Source: Candidatus Bathyarchaeota archaeon (GTDB lineage Archaea; Thermoproteota; Bathyarchaeia; Bathyarchaeales; Bathycorpusculaceae). From it: 64,000 nt of DNA. The position numbers and the translations under genes were made by a program. The notes under the pieces are model-generated. The model had not been told where the DNA came from, searched no databases, and was given only the letters and a program-made list of their open reading frames with translations. Location of the stretch: assembly GCA_963715865.1 (NCBI GenBank), contig OY970280.1:1088001-1152000 (forward strand), in the 5' to 3' direction. This document shows, piece after piece, positions 49,740 through 60,126 of the stretch (position 1 is its first letter; every line of letters starts with the position of its first letter).

Positions 49740-50470
49740 GGAGTTTTGCCCTCCTTAATTACGTTTATGCCGGGTGCAATAAACCGGCTGCTGAGTTTTT
49801 CACGGTTACGCTTAACGATTGCCGCTGGATTAGTTGAAACCGAATCTAAAGCTGAAGCCTCATCTAACCCAAACAGATAAGCTAAACTTGCCATGTCCCT
49901 TGGCAACCGCATAAACCGCTCCTCGCCAACACCGCTAGAAACAATCAGGGGCACGCCGAATTCGCGTGCAACAGCGACTTCGCGGCGCAAACTCGAAAGC
50001 AACCTAACCCTCGTTGGACCCTCCAAAATCAAAAGCGGTTTAACATCCACTTCCAACGCTGCTAAGCAGTTGCTGGCTAATTCGGCTTCTGCACGGTCAA
50101 AAAACCGTTTGCGATAGTCAAGGCTGGGAAAACTTAGGAGGTCAACGCGCCTGTCTTTTGCTGCTTGCCGTGCAACCTCCTTATTGTCGCATGATATGCA
50201 TATGACTTCGAAACGCCGCCTAAACTTGCGCAAAAAATGCGTTAGTTCATTTTCTGTTTGCGGATGGAAATCGGCTCGTGAAACAAAATCTAAGCCTGCT
50301 TCGCTGCATGTTGCTTTGAGCTTGGCGATTTCGTCTTCGCGTAATGCTGAAGTGAATGGGATAGAAATTAGGCGGTAGCCGAACTTTGCAGCCCTGTTGA
50401 TTAGTCGTTGAGTGGCCTGTTGGTCTTTGGGGTTAATGCGTAAATGCAAGTCGGCGAAAGCTCGTGTCAT
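49736..50470 (-). CDS. rnp3: RNase P protein Rpp30
   Basis: FADLH, RQAAKDRRVDLL, FGVPLIVSSG; adjacent to pop5. Confidence 0.9.
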   Translation of the reverse strand: MTRAFADLHLRINPKDQQATQRLINRAAKFGYRLISIPFTSALREDEIAKLKATCSEAGLDFVSRADFHPQTENELTHFLRKFRRRFEVICISCDNKEVARQAAKDRRVDLLSFPSLDYRKRFFDRAEAELASNCLAALEVDVKPLLILEGPTRVRLLSSLRREVAVAREFGVPLIVSSGVGEERFMRLPRDMASLAYLFGLDEASALDSVSTNPAAIVKRNREKLSSRFIAPGINVIKEGKTP

Positions 50471-50916
50471 GGCAGCAACCCAGTATCCTTGAGAATATCC
50501 ATTATTTCTTGAGGGGATTTATTTTTAAAATGTATTTTGAAGTGGACAGGATCATTTTGCGAGAATTTTGAGCGTTCCCAAAAAGGCAGATTGCTTGTCG
50601 AATCGGAGGTATAAGTTTCGCTTTTCCAAATGTAGCTTTAAGTCGCGACATAACTCTTCCTTGTCTAACGCGTTTAAGCCTGCGCCTATTTTTTCAAGTG
50701 CTGCTGGAAGGGTTTTTTTGTCTGTTAGTTTGGCTGTAAAAATGATGATGGGATTTCCATGATGCCCCGTTAAGCTTGTTTTTTGGAAAACAAGGGTTTG
50801 CGCCAGTTCCTCTGGCAGCAGGTTGCGTACTGCAGTTTGGACTTTGTCTGTGTCCTCGGTTGCGTGCGCAAATACTCGAATATCTATGAAGCCAATTTCG
50901 CTGGTGAAGACACCAT
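50467..50916 (-). pseudogene. DUF54-like RNA-binding protein with two apparent single-base frameshifts
   Basis: RVFAHATED...GHHGNPI...LYLRFDKQ core. Removing one A near 50567 restores a C-terminus (DPVHFKIHF...GLLP*) whose stop overlaps the rpp30 ATG. Adding one A near 50897 restores MVSSPAKIGFIDI. Confidence 0.65.
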
Positions 50917-51195
50917 CTCCGTGCATAAACTTTCCCTTTTTTCTTTCTTTTTTATGCTTACTACGATTAAGAAGGCTTTTAGTTTTATGGTGAATGCTGA
51001 CCGGGTTAAGAAGAAAATCCCTTCTCTGCTTGTGAATGGTGACACGTCTAAGCGGAAAAACTATAATGCGTTCTTTCGGGAGCGTTATCGGCTTCAACAA
51101 CTTAAGAAGCGTCGAACCGTTTTAAAATTTGAAGTTAACTTGTTGATATTTGAAACAAAAGAAAAGGGGAAATTTGGTTTTTCCCTTGTGTGGGT

Positions 51196-54045
51196 TTATG
51201 GTCGTCTTCGCAACGTTAGCATAAGTACTGCGCCGATTATGATGATTACGATTATTATCGCGACTGCTGAAGCTAAGACATACGTGTCAGTCATTGATGC
51301 TTGTGGTGCGGCTGTTGGCGTGGGAGTGGCGGCAGGTGATGAAACAGCAAATGCAGTCTCTGAGTATGATGGCCAGTAACCGTTAGTGCCAGCGAAAGTT
51401 GCGACAACAGTGAAATTGCCTGGAATGTCAGGTGTCCATGTGAGGCTGAAGGTGCCCGTTGCGTCAGTTGTTGCAGTGCCAATGTTCCTGTAGTTGCCAT
51501 TAGAGTCAAGAACATCTATTGCCACTTGAACACCAGTGAAGTTTGTTGGAAGTGGTTGCTGTTGGTAGACATAGCCCATCCACGCAGCCATGCTTGCATC
51601 AGATGAGACTGGAACGCCGTTTGAAAAGTCGGCTGCTTGCTGGGTTTGCATTGTTCCAGCAGATTTGTCCATCACTGTACCGCGTATTACCACGTTCTGT
51701 CCGGAGGCTAAACCTGAGTTAGGCGCTGTAACGGTTGTTGCACTTGGTCCTCTACCTACAGTGTAGATTTGTCCATCGTAACCGTTAAACCAAGTGTTGA
51801 ATCCGTCTGCGATGGCATAGCTCATTGAAGTGAATTCGCTGGTATAATCTGAAATTGTCCAGATTTCTGCACCTGTTGTGGCATTGATGGCTCGTGCTAA
51901 TGAGCCTTTGTAGATTGGGTCGATTACAGTGTGCTCAGTTGTAACCAAGTAGATCACACCATTGGCGCCAACTGCCTGTATGAATGTCGGGTAATCGCCG
52001 TAGGGTGTGTTAAATCCTGCGAGAGTGCTGTTGCCAGATCCGCCGTTACCGTATGTCCATTCTAGCTGTCCAGTTGAATCATTGTAGCAATATACCGTTC
52101 CGCCGAATGCGCTGGTGTATAGGTTACCAAAGGCGAGTTGACCGCAGAACTCGTTTGGCGCTGTTTGTCCATAGTAGTCAAGCGACTCCATAGCTGGAGT
52201 TGGACCCCATATCTTTTGTCCTGTTAACAGGCTGTATCCAATCCAATTCAGGGTTTCATAGTTTTCTTCTATGAAGACATTTGTTGTTGGGTCGACTCCC
52301 GCGTAGTAGACTGTGACGTTGCCTGCTACTGGTTGCAGTGTGTTTATCCATTTGAATGAACCGATTTGGCCTGCGGATGGGTTTAGGTTGAATGCCATGT
52401 AGGTGTAAGGTGTATAGCTGCCTGGTCCAGTAAAGCTTCCTGGTGATGCTGGTAGAGATCCGTTCAAGGTAAGCAAAACGTTGTTGTACATTCCTGCAAT
52501 TACTGAGGGTGTTGGTCCGCCTGGGTTGTTTAGTTGAGGTACTGTAACGTTCCAGTCATATGTGCATTCTGATGGGTACTGAATAGAGTTCAAAAGTGTA
52601 CCTGCTACAGTGGTGTTAAATCCTACGTTTGCTTGGACAATGAGCGTATTTTGAACGGCTGCTTGATTGGAAGCTGGGAATATTGTTGTAAGTGCATTTG
52701 CGTTGCTTTGATTGATGATTGCTGGTGAAACACTTCCTGCGCCTGTGAATGGGTTAATGTCGTATTGCCAGATTCGTGATGAATTCCATTCTGCCAAGTA
52801 CCAGTTTGGATTTGCAGTTGTACCTTTGTTCTGTAAGACGTATCGTAGTTGTTCGCCTGATGGGCCCGCTGCAACATAGCCTGTTGGAACACCAGTCACG
52901 TTAAACAGTACGGTTCCAGTGAATCCATCGACCATTTCCCATAATGCTCCGTTCGGGCAAATTAGTATTGGTGGGAAGGTTCCGTGTTCGTCTGGACTCC
53001 AGAGGTTGTATATGTAGCCGAATGATGGCGCTGGTAATGTATTGCTGGTCCAAACAACTTGTCCACTTTGCAGATTAAGGGCAACTAGTGGTCCATAGCT
53101 TGGAGCATCGAATCCTAATGGTGCCATGTAGTAGAGTATGCCGTCCATTATTATCGGGTTTACGTATCGTTGCTCGTATGCAGTGCCTTCGTAGTAGCCG
53201 ACACCTTGACCTGTTCCTGGATATCCACCGCCAGCATAGTACGCGTTGCCTCCGACGACTCCGCCACTTTGAATCGGCTTAGTCCACATTACGTGGCTAG
53301 TCAAGGATCCTATGGCGTCACCTGGATTTCGACTCATGATTGCGCCCCACATGCTCATTGGGGGGCCTGTAGAGAAAGCAGAGACCGCGCCTGAACCTAC
53401 TGCGGGGTTAACCGCTGAGCCTGCGCCCAGCCAGTTTGAGGATATAGTCCACCAGTCACTGTTTTCACCGTAGATTGGACGTGTCCAGTAAGCGGTCGGC
53501 AATGGAGAGCTGCCTACAGCAGCTGGAATTGGTGTTTGCTGCACAGTAACTGTTGTTGACGCAGAGCTGGGCATATAGGTGTCGTTGACCAATATACTGT
53601 TTGGATTACCGTTGCTTGCTGTGTATGTTTGTCCTGGGAAGCTGAATATCAGTGTGTATGTTCCGACTTTGTCGGGGGTGAATGATGTTAGCTGGTTTGA
53701 AGTGGTGTCTTGAACTGTGTCGAAAATTTTTGTTGTAACGTTGCCGTCTGGGGCTACGATGGTGAAGTTGTAGTTGTGGAATCTGTAGTTGTTGGATAAT
53801 AGTGCATAGCTGTTTGATTCACCCAAGCCTACTCCGAAGATTTGGTTGAGCCACATGAAAACGTTAACTGTCTGGCCGACACCGACTGGGTCCGGATGAA
53901 CGGAAATGTAAGCAAATGTTGGAATTTGGTATCCTGGAGCGGGGTGTGCGCTAACTTGTGGTATAAGAATTGTAGAAGCTGACATTGAAAGCATTAAGAA
54001 TATAGCAATCGCAATAGCTGTTGTTTTATTTTTAGTCATATGCAT
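51196..54045 (-). CDS. Cell-surface PQQ-like beta-propeller protein (paralog 4)
   Basis: Same architecture as paralog 1; RRRP tail. Confidence 0.88.
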   Translation of the reverse strand: MHMTKNKTTAIAIAIFLMLSMSASTILIPQVSAHPAPGYQIPTFAYISVHPDPVGVGQTVNVFMWLNQIFGVGLGESNSYALLSNNYRFHNYNFTIVAPDGNVTTKIFDTVQDTTSNQLTSFTPDKVGTYTLIFSFPGQTYTASNGNPNSILVNDTYMPSSASTTVTVQQTPIPAAVGSSPLPTAYWTRPIYGENSDWWTISSNWLGAGSAVNPAVGSGAVSAFSTGPPMSMWGAIMSRNPGDAIGSLTSHVMWTKPIQSGGVVGGNAYYAGGGYPGTGQGVGYYEGTAYEQRYVNPIIMDGILYYMAPLGFDAPSYGPLVALNLQSGQVVWTSNTLPAPSFGYIYNLWSPDEHGTFPPILICPNGALWEMVDGFTGTVLFNVTGVPTGYVAAGPSGEQLRYVLQNKGTTANPNWYLAEWNSSRIWQYDINPFTGAGSVSPAIINQSNANALTTIFPASNQAAVQNTLIVQANVGFNTTVAGTLLNSIQYPSECTYDWNVTVPQLNNPGGPTPSVIAGMYNNVLLTLNGSLPASPGSFTGPGSYTPYTYMAFNLNPSAGQIGSFKWINTLQPVAGNVTVYYAGVDPTTNVFIEENYETLNWIGYSLLTGQKIWGPTPAMESLDYYGQTAPNEFCGQLAFGNLYTSAFGGTVYCYNDSTGQLEWTYGNGGSGNSTLAGFNTPYGDYPTFIQAVGANGVIYLVTTEHTVIDPIYKGSLARAINATTGAEIWTISDYTSEFTSMSYAIADGFNTWFNGYDGQIYTVGRGPSATTVTAPNSGLASGQNVVIRGTVMDKSAGTMQTQQAADFSNGVPVSSDASMAAWMGYVYQQQPLPTNFTGVQVAIDVLDSNGNYRNIGTATTDATGTFSLTWTPDIPGNFTVVATFAGTNGYWPSYSETAFAVSSPAATPTPTAAPQASMTDTYVLASAVAIIIVIIIIGAVLMLTLRRRP

Positions 54046-54074
54046 TTTTCTTTTTTCTTCCTTTCAATTTTATT

Positions 54075-54136
54075 TGAACGAAAGCGTAATCTTTTGCTCT
54101 CGCTCAGCAACCTTATTATCTATTTTTATTTATAAG
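54075..54136 (-). promoter_or_regulatory. TATA box plus 5' leader hairpin of surface protein 4
   Basis: CTTATAAA at 54136-54129; stem TGAGCGAGAGC/GCTTTCGTTCA at 54106-54075. Confidence 0.7.
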
Positions 54137-54471
54137 ACTTTTGCGGAAATTCCGCATATTTCGTCATTATCTGTTCCAAAACATACAAAAAAAGTAAACT
54201 TTGTATGTAAAAGTATTTCAAATGTGGATGTGCCGAAACTTGCAAAACTGGTTAAGCTTGTTGGAATGCTTTTAACATAGTCGGATGCCCTTCCAAAGGG
54301 CTGATACCTTAGAAGAAACCATTAAACTTATGGAAATCGGTTTTGAATTTCACGCTGAAGTTGCGGGACATAAACTCTTTAGGAAGCGCAAATAATGAAA
54401 AAAACAATGGATGTCTATGTATTCTATTGGCGGTTTAGAAGACATTGAGCACCTATTTTGTTTTAAAGCTT

Positions 54472-54732
54472 CTATCTTTTAGCTTTTTTCTTCGGTTTTG
54501 GCTCGGTTTTTGGCGTTTTAGGTTTTGCTTCTGCTTTTGCTTTTTCTGCGTGCGCTTTTATGGTTGCGATGTTTTCGTCGTGTGATGATTTTCTTTTGAC
54601 GTCAACGGGTATGCCCATTTGTTTGGCTTGCTGCTTGTTTACGCCTGCTTTGGCTAATTCGGTTGGGCTAAATCCTCTTCCAGTGCTTTGTTTTCCGTTT
54701 TGCTTAGTTATTACTGCTTTGATGTGATGCAT
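54472..54732 (-). CDS. rpl13e: Ribosomal protein eL13
   Basis: GRGFSPTELAKAG...IPVDVKRKSSHDEN. Confidence 0.9.
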   Translation of the reverse strand: MHHIKAVITKQNGKQSTGRGFSPTELAKAGVNKQQAKQMGIPVDVKRKSSHDENIATIKAHAEKAKAEAKPKTPKTEPKPKKKAKR

Positions 54733-54735
54733 ATT

Positions 54736-55329
54736 TTACCATCTTTGTTTTTGCTTGTATCTTGCTCCTCTACGGTGGCTTGGTCTAACTTTTTCTGCTC
54801 CTCTTCCACGGTGATGTAAGCCTCTGACGTTTTTGCCTGCGCTTGTCAAGCTTCTGAAGACTCTGCTTGCGTGCTGTTTTTCAGTTATCCAGCTTACGTC
54901 TTTGTCTGTTTTTATGCCTGGAGCCTTTGGATCAAGCAGTATGACTTCGAACCATTTGTGTCGTCCGTCTTCGCCTACCCAGTAGCTGTTTAGGACTTCC
55001 ATGTTTGGGAATTTTTTTGCTGTGCGTTCTTCTGCTATGAGTCTTATGCTTTTGGCTGGTTTGAATTTGGCGACTCCCATGCGTTTGGGTCGTCTTCCTG
55101 AGCGCGGGCGTTTCTTTCTTAATCCGCCTCTGCGCACTTTTGTGCGTGCCATTACGAAGCCTTGTTTGGCTTTGTAGCCTAGTTTTCTTGCTCTGTCAAG
55201 TCTTGTTGGATGTTCGATGCGAAGGGTTGATGGTTGTTTTCGCCATTGCACTAGTCTTTCCCGCATGAGTTCTTCAACGAAGGATTTTTCTGGTTGAGAC
55301 CATTCTTCCGCTATGTACTTGTATGCCAT
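54736..55329 (-). CDS. rpl15e: Ribosomal protein eL15
   Basis: [46 protein letters not shown]. Confidence 0.97.
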   Translation of the reverse strand: MAYKYIAEEWSQPEKSFVEELMRERLVQWRKQPSTLRIEHPTRLDRARKLGYKAKQGFVMARTKVRRGGLRKKRPRSGRRPKRMGVAKFKPAKSIRLIAEERTAKKFPNMEVLNSYWVGEDGRHKWFEVILLDPKAPGIKTDKDVSWITEKQHASRVFRSLTSAGKNVRGLHHRGRGAEKVRPSHRRGARYKQKQRW

Positions 55330-55361
55330 TTTTCAATTTCCTCCTCAATGTTTTACTTGCT

Positions 55362-55408
55362 TACGGTTCAGCCTTTCGGCCACATCCCAACGGACATGAT
55401 TGTCCGCC
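55362..55408 (-). promoter_or_regulatory. Candidate eL15 ribosomal-protein leader RNA
   Basis: Hairpin CGGACA/TGTCCG followed by GGGATGTGGCC-GAAA-GGCTGAACC, just upstream of the rpl15e RBS. Confidence 0.55.
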
Positions 55409-55760
55409 TGCAATTTCACATCATAGTACCATGCAACAAAATAAACCTTTCCAGCAAACCATAGAATCTTAAGTCTATAGCCTCTTTGCATTAAGGGTTA
55501 ACTCCAAACCCAAACATTTAGAAGCTCAAATTTAGGTGACCGCACGGAGCACACACACTACGACGAAATATTTTTTTTAGTTTTTTAAAATTTTTATTTT
55601 TTGTTTAGTTCAAATTTTCCTTTGCCTTCCTATATATAATTTAAACCCAAACCCAAACCGACTAAACTGACTCTCTCTCAAAAAAACACTTTTGGTCTAC
55701 GTTTTTTGTATGGTCCAAAGTCTTTTAAACAAAAACAATAGTATAAGAAACGGTGTTTAG

Positions 55761-56654
55761 TTGGTTGCGGTAGATTTGGGCATTATTACGTTACTGCTCA
55801 GTATTACAGCAATCGCAATTTCTATCTTGGTTTTCATAGATAACCGAAACAAGACCAAGATAATGAATAAACAGCTCCATCTTCTGGAGGAAGAATCTAA
55901 GGATAATATAAATAAGACCAAGATAATGAATGAACAACTTCTTCTTCTAAAAGAACAATCAGAAGGTAAACAAGACCTTAGGAACGCAGCCAAAATAGTT
56001 ACCAATGTGCGAGAAAAAATAGCTGCTCTCGATAGAATTAGGTATGATTGGGGCGCTTTTGGCAAATTTGCTAGTCAGAGTCTTCTTGAGCAGCTTCATG
56101 ATTCGGGTTCTCAAAAAATTACGTGGACCGTATATCCAAACATGATGTTTGGTCAGTTTACCATGTTGCTAGATAGTTTCAACAAATTTGTGAAGTTTTT
56201 TGAAGAGAAAATTCCTGCGATGAACAAAAACCCACAACCTGCTTTGTTTCCTATTTTAGAACCTATTGTTAATTTCTCTGCAACGCCGAAAATAGAAGAA
56301 AACCCAAACGTCACTGTGGAGAAAATCCTTGTCAAAGACTATGCCGGAGCGATATATTCCGTGAAAATAATGCATGATGAGCTGGAGAGTATAGCGAAAA
56401 CTATTAACTTATATGACAACTCGCTTATCGAAGAAATTCAAAAAATCTATCTTAAGATGCTAAAGGCTTTTTATGAAAGAACACAAAAAACCAGTGAATT
56501 GGAAATTTCTACTCAAATCAAGGCGAAAGAACTACCAGAATACATTCTGAGAATTGTGGCTTTTGATGTATGGAAACAATGCGTTAATGAACTGCGAGAA
56601 AAAATAACTCCACGATTGTGCGAGGTTGAAAAGCGCATTATGGCTTCTATTTAA
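55761..56654 (+). CDS. Hypothetical one-TM protein with a 21 aa tandem repeat
   Basis: N-terminal TM helix; NKTKIMNKQL.../NKTKIMNEQL... Confidence 0.75.
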   Translation: MVAVDLGIITLLLSITAIAISILVFIDNRNKTKIMNKQLHLLEEESKDNINKTKIMNEQLLLLKEQSEGKQDLRNAAKIVTNVREKIAALDRIRYDWGAFGKFASQSLLEQLHDSGSQKITWTVYPNMMFGQFTMLLDSFNKFVKFFEEKIPAMNKNPQPALFPILEPIVNFSATPKIEENPNVTVEKILVKDYAGAIYSVKIMHDELESIAKTINLYDNSLIEEIQKIYLKMLKAFYERTQKTSELEISTQIKAKELPEYILRIVAFDVWKQCVNELREKITPRLCEVEKRIMASI

Positions 56655-56922
56655 TAATGTTTTCAAAAACGACCAATCTTGTTAAGGCTTCTAAAATTAC
56701 GAGAAAAGTGTAGAATAAATTTTTTACTTAAAAAGAAGGAAATAATAATTTTAAACCCCAAACCCAAACCCTCGATGGGCAAATTATGGTGTGGGTATTG
56801 AATTAAAAATGCTTCTTTCGCTTATCGAGTAGTTAAAAACATAGAAGACTTTTGCAGTTTCCTTGTAAGCAACTTTTCCGATAGCCAAAAACTTAAAACT
56901 GAAACGGTGGAATAGCCTAAAC

Positions 56923-57816
56923 ATGGCAAACAAAAATAAAGACAACAGACCCGAGTTATTATCTAAACTTGACGATGTGACAAGAAAAAAGAACGCGCTG
57001 GATAGTGCTTGTCTCGAATTGAAGCTTGAGGCTAAAGCGACTCGGCGCAAATACGCTAAATTTCTTCCATACCTTATTGCATTGGTAGTCGCCCTTGTGC
57101 TGAGCTCCTACTTGGGTTACTCTTATCAGGGTTATCCTTATCGTTCTGAGATTGTGGCGTTGTTTTTTGCGGGTGATTATACTACAATCCTAATTGGCGG
57201 TGCATTTCTCATCATAATAATTAGAAAACTTGTAAATCCACTCAGCCAATCACAACGTGCTTTTCAAAAAATTGTAAATGCCATACAAACTCTTGACAAA
57301 TCTCAGGAAAGAATAGCGTATGAAGATGCTTATCTCAGTCTCAAAGGTGCTCTCAAAAACCTTGAAAAGCTGAGTTCATTTTTAACAGGCTTAACCTGGT
57401 ATGCTGGGATAAACAAAGAAATTAACCAATTCATAGAAGACATTAAGCTTATTGTGCTTCCATTAACTTTAGATTCTACCATTAAGAAAGCTGACCTCGA
57501 AGATGTTGCTCTCGCATTGTACAGCAAAAACGCTGATGAACTAAACAAAGTAAGCACAGCATTAGAAGAGAAATATCATAAGAGTGAACCTCCAGCTAAA
57601 CAGGAGACAATGTGGCATGAATTCAGTCAAACTCGTTTGGGAAGACTTGCTATTTCGCTTTGCCTTGGTTATGCTTTAATTTTGGTACTTAGTGCTTTTT
57701 ATGTTTTCTTCACTCAGCAAAATTTTGTGGTTTTTGCCAGAGGTAACCCCGACATAATAATTGTTGGAGGTTTAATAGCGTCTGGGATAACATTTTGGAG
57801 AGATAATCGAAAATAA
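56923..57816 (+). CDS. Hypothetical four-TM protein
   Basis: Two pairs of TM helices separated by a helical soluble region. Confidence 0.75.
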   Translation: MANKNKDNRPELLSKLDDVTRKKNALDSACLELKLEAKATRRKYAKFLPYLIALVVALVLSSYLGYSYQGYPYRSEIVALFFAGDYTTILIGGAFLIIIIRKLVNPLSQSQRAFQKIVNAIQTLDKSQERIAYEDAYLSLKGALKNLEKLSSFLTGLTWYAGINKEINQFIEDIKLIVLPLTLDSTIKKADLEDVALALYSKNADELNKVSTALEEKYHKSEPPAKQETMWHEFSQTRLGRLAISLCLGYALILVLSAFYVFFTQQNFVVFARGNPDIIIVGGLIASGITFWRDNRK

Positions 57817-57844
57817 AAGAATATTCTTGGGAGCCAACTTGGCG

Positions 57845-58678
57845 CTACTTACTTCTCTTAAACATTTGTCTAACATCGTCAAGCTTTGAACCCACTATTT
57901 CTATGTCATCAATGCTTCCTAATCCTTTCTCGTACGCTCTTCTAATGTGAGAAATTTCCATGGGTTCAAATCCCATGATTCTGGCGGCGGTTGCGTCTGT
58001 TGCAACAACATCCTTCCCTGCAATTATTAAGTCCATTTTGACAGGCGTCCCGTCAGTTGGGCCTTTGCCCTCCATTCCTACGAACCCATCTATCAGTGTT
58101 AACGCAGGTTTGAGCACTGTATTGATATCCACTATGACTTTGCTTATGCCCTTTGCATGATATTTTCCTTTGAACTTGTCTGGCAAAAGACCAAACATGT
58201 TCTTCATGCCTAACGTGACTTTTGTTGACGCATGAGTTTTGAGTTTTGCAGCGCTTATTATGGCGGATTCTGTAACGATGCGCGGCACAGTAATGCTCCG
58301 CAATGTTTCACCGTTAGGAATGTCAATTTTGACTCTATCTTTTACATGCCGCAAGTTAAGACATTCAACGCCGTTTTGTTTGCATGTCTCCTTCATCCCA
58401 GTAGCTTCAAAGGCTTTGTCAGCATTAGTCATCGTCGCATCTGACTCGACAACGAAAATTTCAACGTGCAAATGTTTCAGCTTTTTTATTATAGCTTCAA
58501 CAACGATGGGGTCTGTTGTTGCTCCAGTGTCCCATGTTTGGGTGGTTATGAAATTAACTTTTATGAGGACCTTATTCCAACCGGATAGTGCTGACTCGTA
58601 GTCTATCAGGTCCAGCGCTTTGAAAACGGGCTCGTGCCCTCTTTCGCCTTTCACAATTGCGACTTTCGATTTCTCCAT
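57845..58678 (-). CDS. DUF362-family Fe-S-related protein
   Basis: VLIKVNF, TTDP, AKLKTH...TLGMKN.FG, IDG..GMEG.GP..G, D.VA.D. Confidence 0.88.
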   Translation of the reverse strand: MEKSKVAIVKGERGHEPVFKALDLIDYESALSGWNKVLIKVNFITTQTWDTGATTDPIVVEAIIKKLKHLHVEIFVVESDATMTNADKAFEATGMKETCKQNGVECLNLRHVKDRVKIDIPNGETLRSITVPRIVTESAIISAAKLKTHASTKVTLGMKNMFGLLPDKFKGKYHAKGISKVIVDINTVLKPALTLIDGFVGMEGKGPTDGTPVKMDLIIAGKDVVATDATAARIMGFEPMEISHIRRAYEKGLGSIDDIEIVGSKLDDVRQMFKRSK

Positions 58679-59048
58679 TTACGACACAGTTCGCTCAATT
58701 AACTTTAACGAAGCTTTAAACGTTTATCTTTGGCGACACTGTTAAGTTAAGTTAAGTTAAGTTACCCAACATCAAAATAAACCTGCGAGCACTAACTTTT
58801 TGAAAGCTTTCAGTTCTTTTTTTGATAGTAGTCAGAAGCCTTGATTTAAAAGGCTTGTTATATTGTAATTTATATGCTGGAATTTAATAAGCGACTTAAC
58901 GGTTGTGATTGTCTGCTTACAGTCACAAAAGTTCTATAGCTATCGTCCGTTATTTATAAAAATAGATATAAATTGTCGCGGTTGTCTTTTTTTGTACGCA
59001 GTAAGCTTTAAGGGTGTTATCGTAAGTAGTAATATACCATCGATAGGT

Positions 59049-59420
59049 ATGTCCACCGTTCAACAATCGGTAGTCAGAAAAAGGTTAAATAGCAAGCAAC
59101 CGCATACTGCGGAATCAAAGGGAAAGGCGAAAAAGGGTATGACACTTGTTCAAATTGACAAAAAATCAGAGTTTGCGCTGAATGACATGCTTGCCGAAAG
59201 ATTTTACAGACTACAAAAGGACTATGAATGGATTCTTAATCATAGAGACAATCTTACAAACGAGTTTCCAAATAAGTACATTGCAGTTGAAAACGGAGTA
59301 GTGCGATTTGTAGGCGATACTGTTGAAGGCTTAATGAGCGAAATTTCCCGTAATCATGAACAAGTTGAGAATTTCGCTATTGACTTTTTAAGTCTGTATC
59401 CCCAAAGCTTTCTTTTTTAG
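59049..59420 (+). CDS. DUF5678-like protein
   Basis: WILNHRDNLTNEFPNKYIAVENGVVRFVGDTVEGL pattern; ATG at 59049 is plausible after a TTTAAG promoter. Confidence 0.65.
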   Translation: MSTVQQSVVRKRLNSKQPHTAESKGKAKKGMTLVQIDKKSEFALNDMLAERFYRLQKDYEWILNHRDNLTNEFPNKYIAVENGVVRFVGDTVEGLMSEISRNHEQVENFAIDFLSLYPQSFLF

Positions 59421-59431
59421 GAAAAAATTTA

Positions 59432-59887
59432 TTGAAAGTAGTGGCAAAACTAGATAAAAACTACCATGCACAACTAATGGTATATTTTTGGTGCTCTCAG
59501 TTCGATGACCCAAAAGCTGTTAATTTTTTTATTGACACAGGCTGCACAACCACCACTATTTTGAATGATGATGCAACTCTTCTCGGAATAGATTGTTCAG
59601 CCCTTAATGCAGGATGCTCAGTCTCAACAGCTAACGGTAATGTAGTTCCTTACGAAATACCAGAAGTTATCTTAATTTTCCAAGCTAGGTATGGTTTGTT
59701 CAACCTTTCAAAGGGCTTAAAGGGTACTAAATTAACAAAGGTTCACTGTCATGTTCCAACAAACCCTCTCTTAATGACCCAACAAAGAATAGACAATGCA
59801 TTTAGTCTCATAGGAATGGATTTCTTAAAAAAATTCAAAACGTGGAAATGGGACTATGATAAAAAGCGATTAGTTTTAAGCACATAA
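59432..59887 (+). CDS. Retropepsin-like (clan AA) aspartyl protease
   Basis: FFIDTG catalytic motif, TANG flap, SLIGMDFL. Confidence 0.85.
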   Translation: MKVVAKLDKNYHAQLMVYFWCSQFDDPKAVNFFIDTGCTTTTILNDDATLLGIDCSALNAGCSVSTANGNVVPYEIPEVILIFQARYGLFNLSKGLKGTKLTKVHCHVPTNPLLMTQQRIDNAFSLIGMDFLKKFKTWKWDYDKKRLVLST

Positions 59888-60126
59888 AATTGTGAAAATG
59901 TTGGGTAACTTAACTTAACAGTGTCATCTTTGGCGCAACAGATTTATCTGGACTAGACGATTATCAGAATTCTCATTGTTACAAGTTCTTCAAATTGTAT
60001 GTATAGCCTAATAACGTCGTCTATGCTCAAGTCTTTGCAGGCTGGATTGTTTGAACAAAACTTTTACGCGATCGAACAAATGTCCCTATCCTTTGAATCT
60101 CTACTCCTTATAGCAAAGCATGATAA

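Larger units (their letters stand above)
58735..59925. mobile_element. Non-autonomous transposon (1,191 bp) with passenger genes
   Basis: TIRs 58735-58772 and 59898-59925 (GACACT(GTTAA)nGTTACCCAACAT); 9 bp TSD ATCTTTGGC at 58726-58734 and 59926-59934; no transposase inside. Confidence 0.92.

Noticed and set aside
20181-54045. Diversity-generating retroelement acting on the surface proteins
   Set aside because: No reverse transcriptase and no TR/VR pair with adenine-specific mismatches seen in the window.
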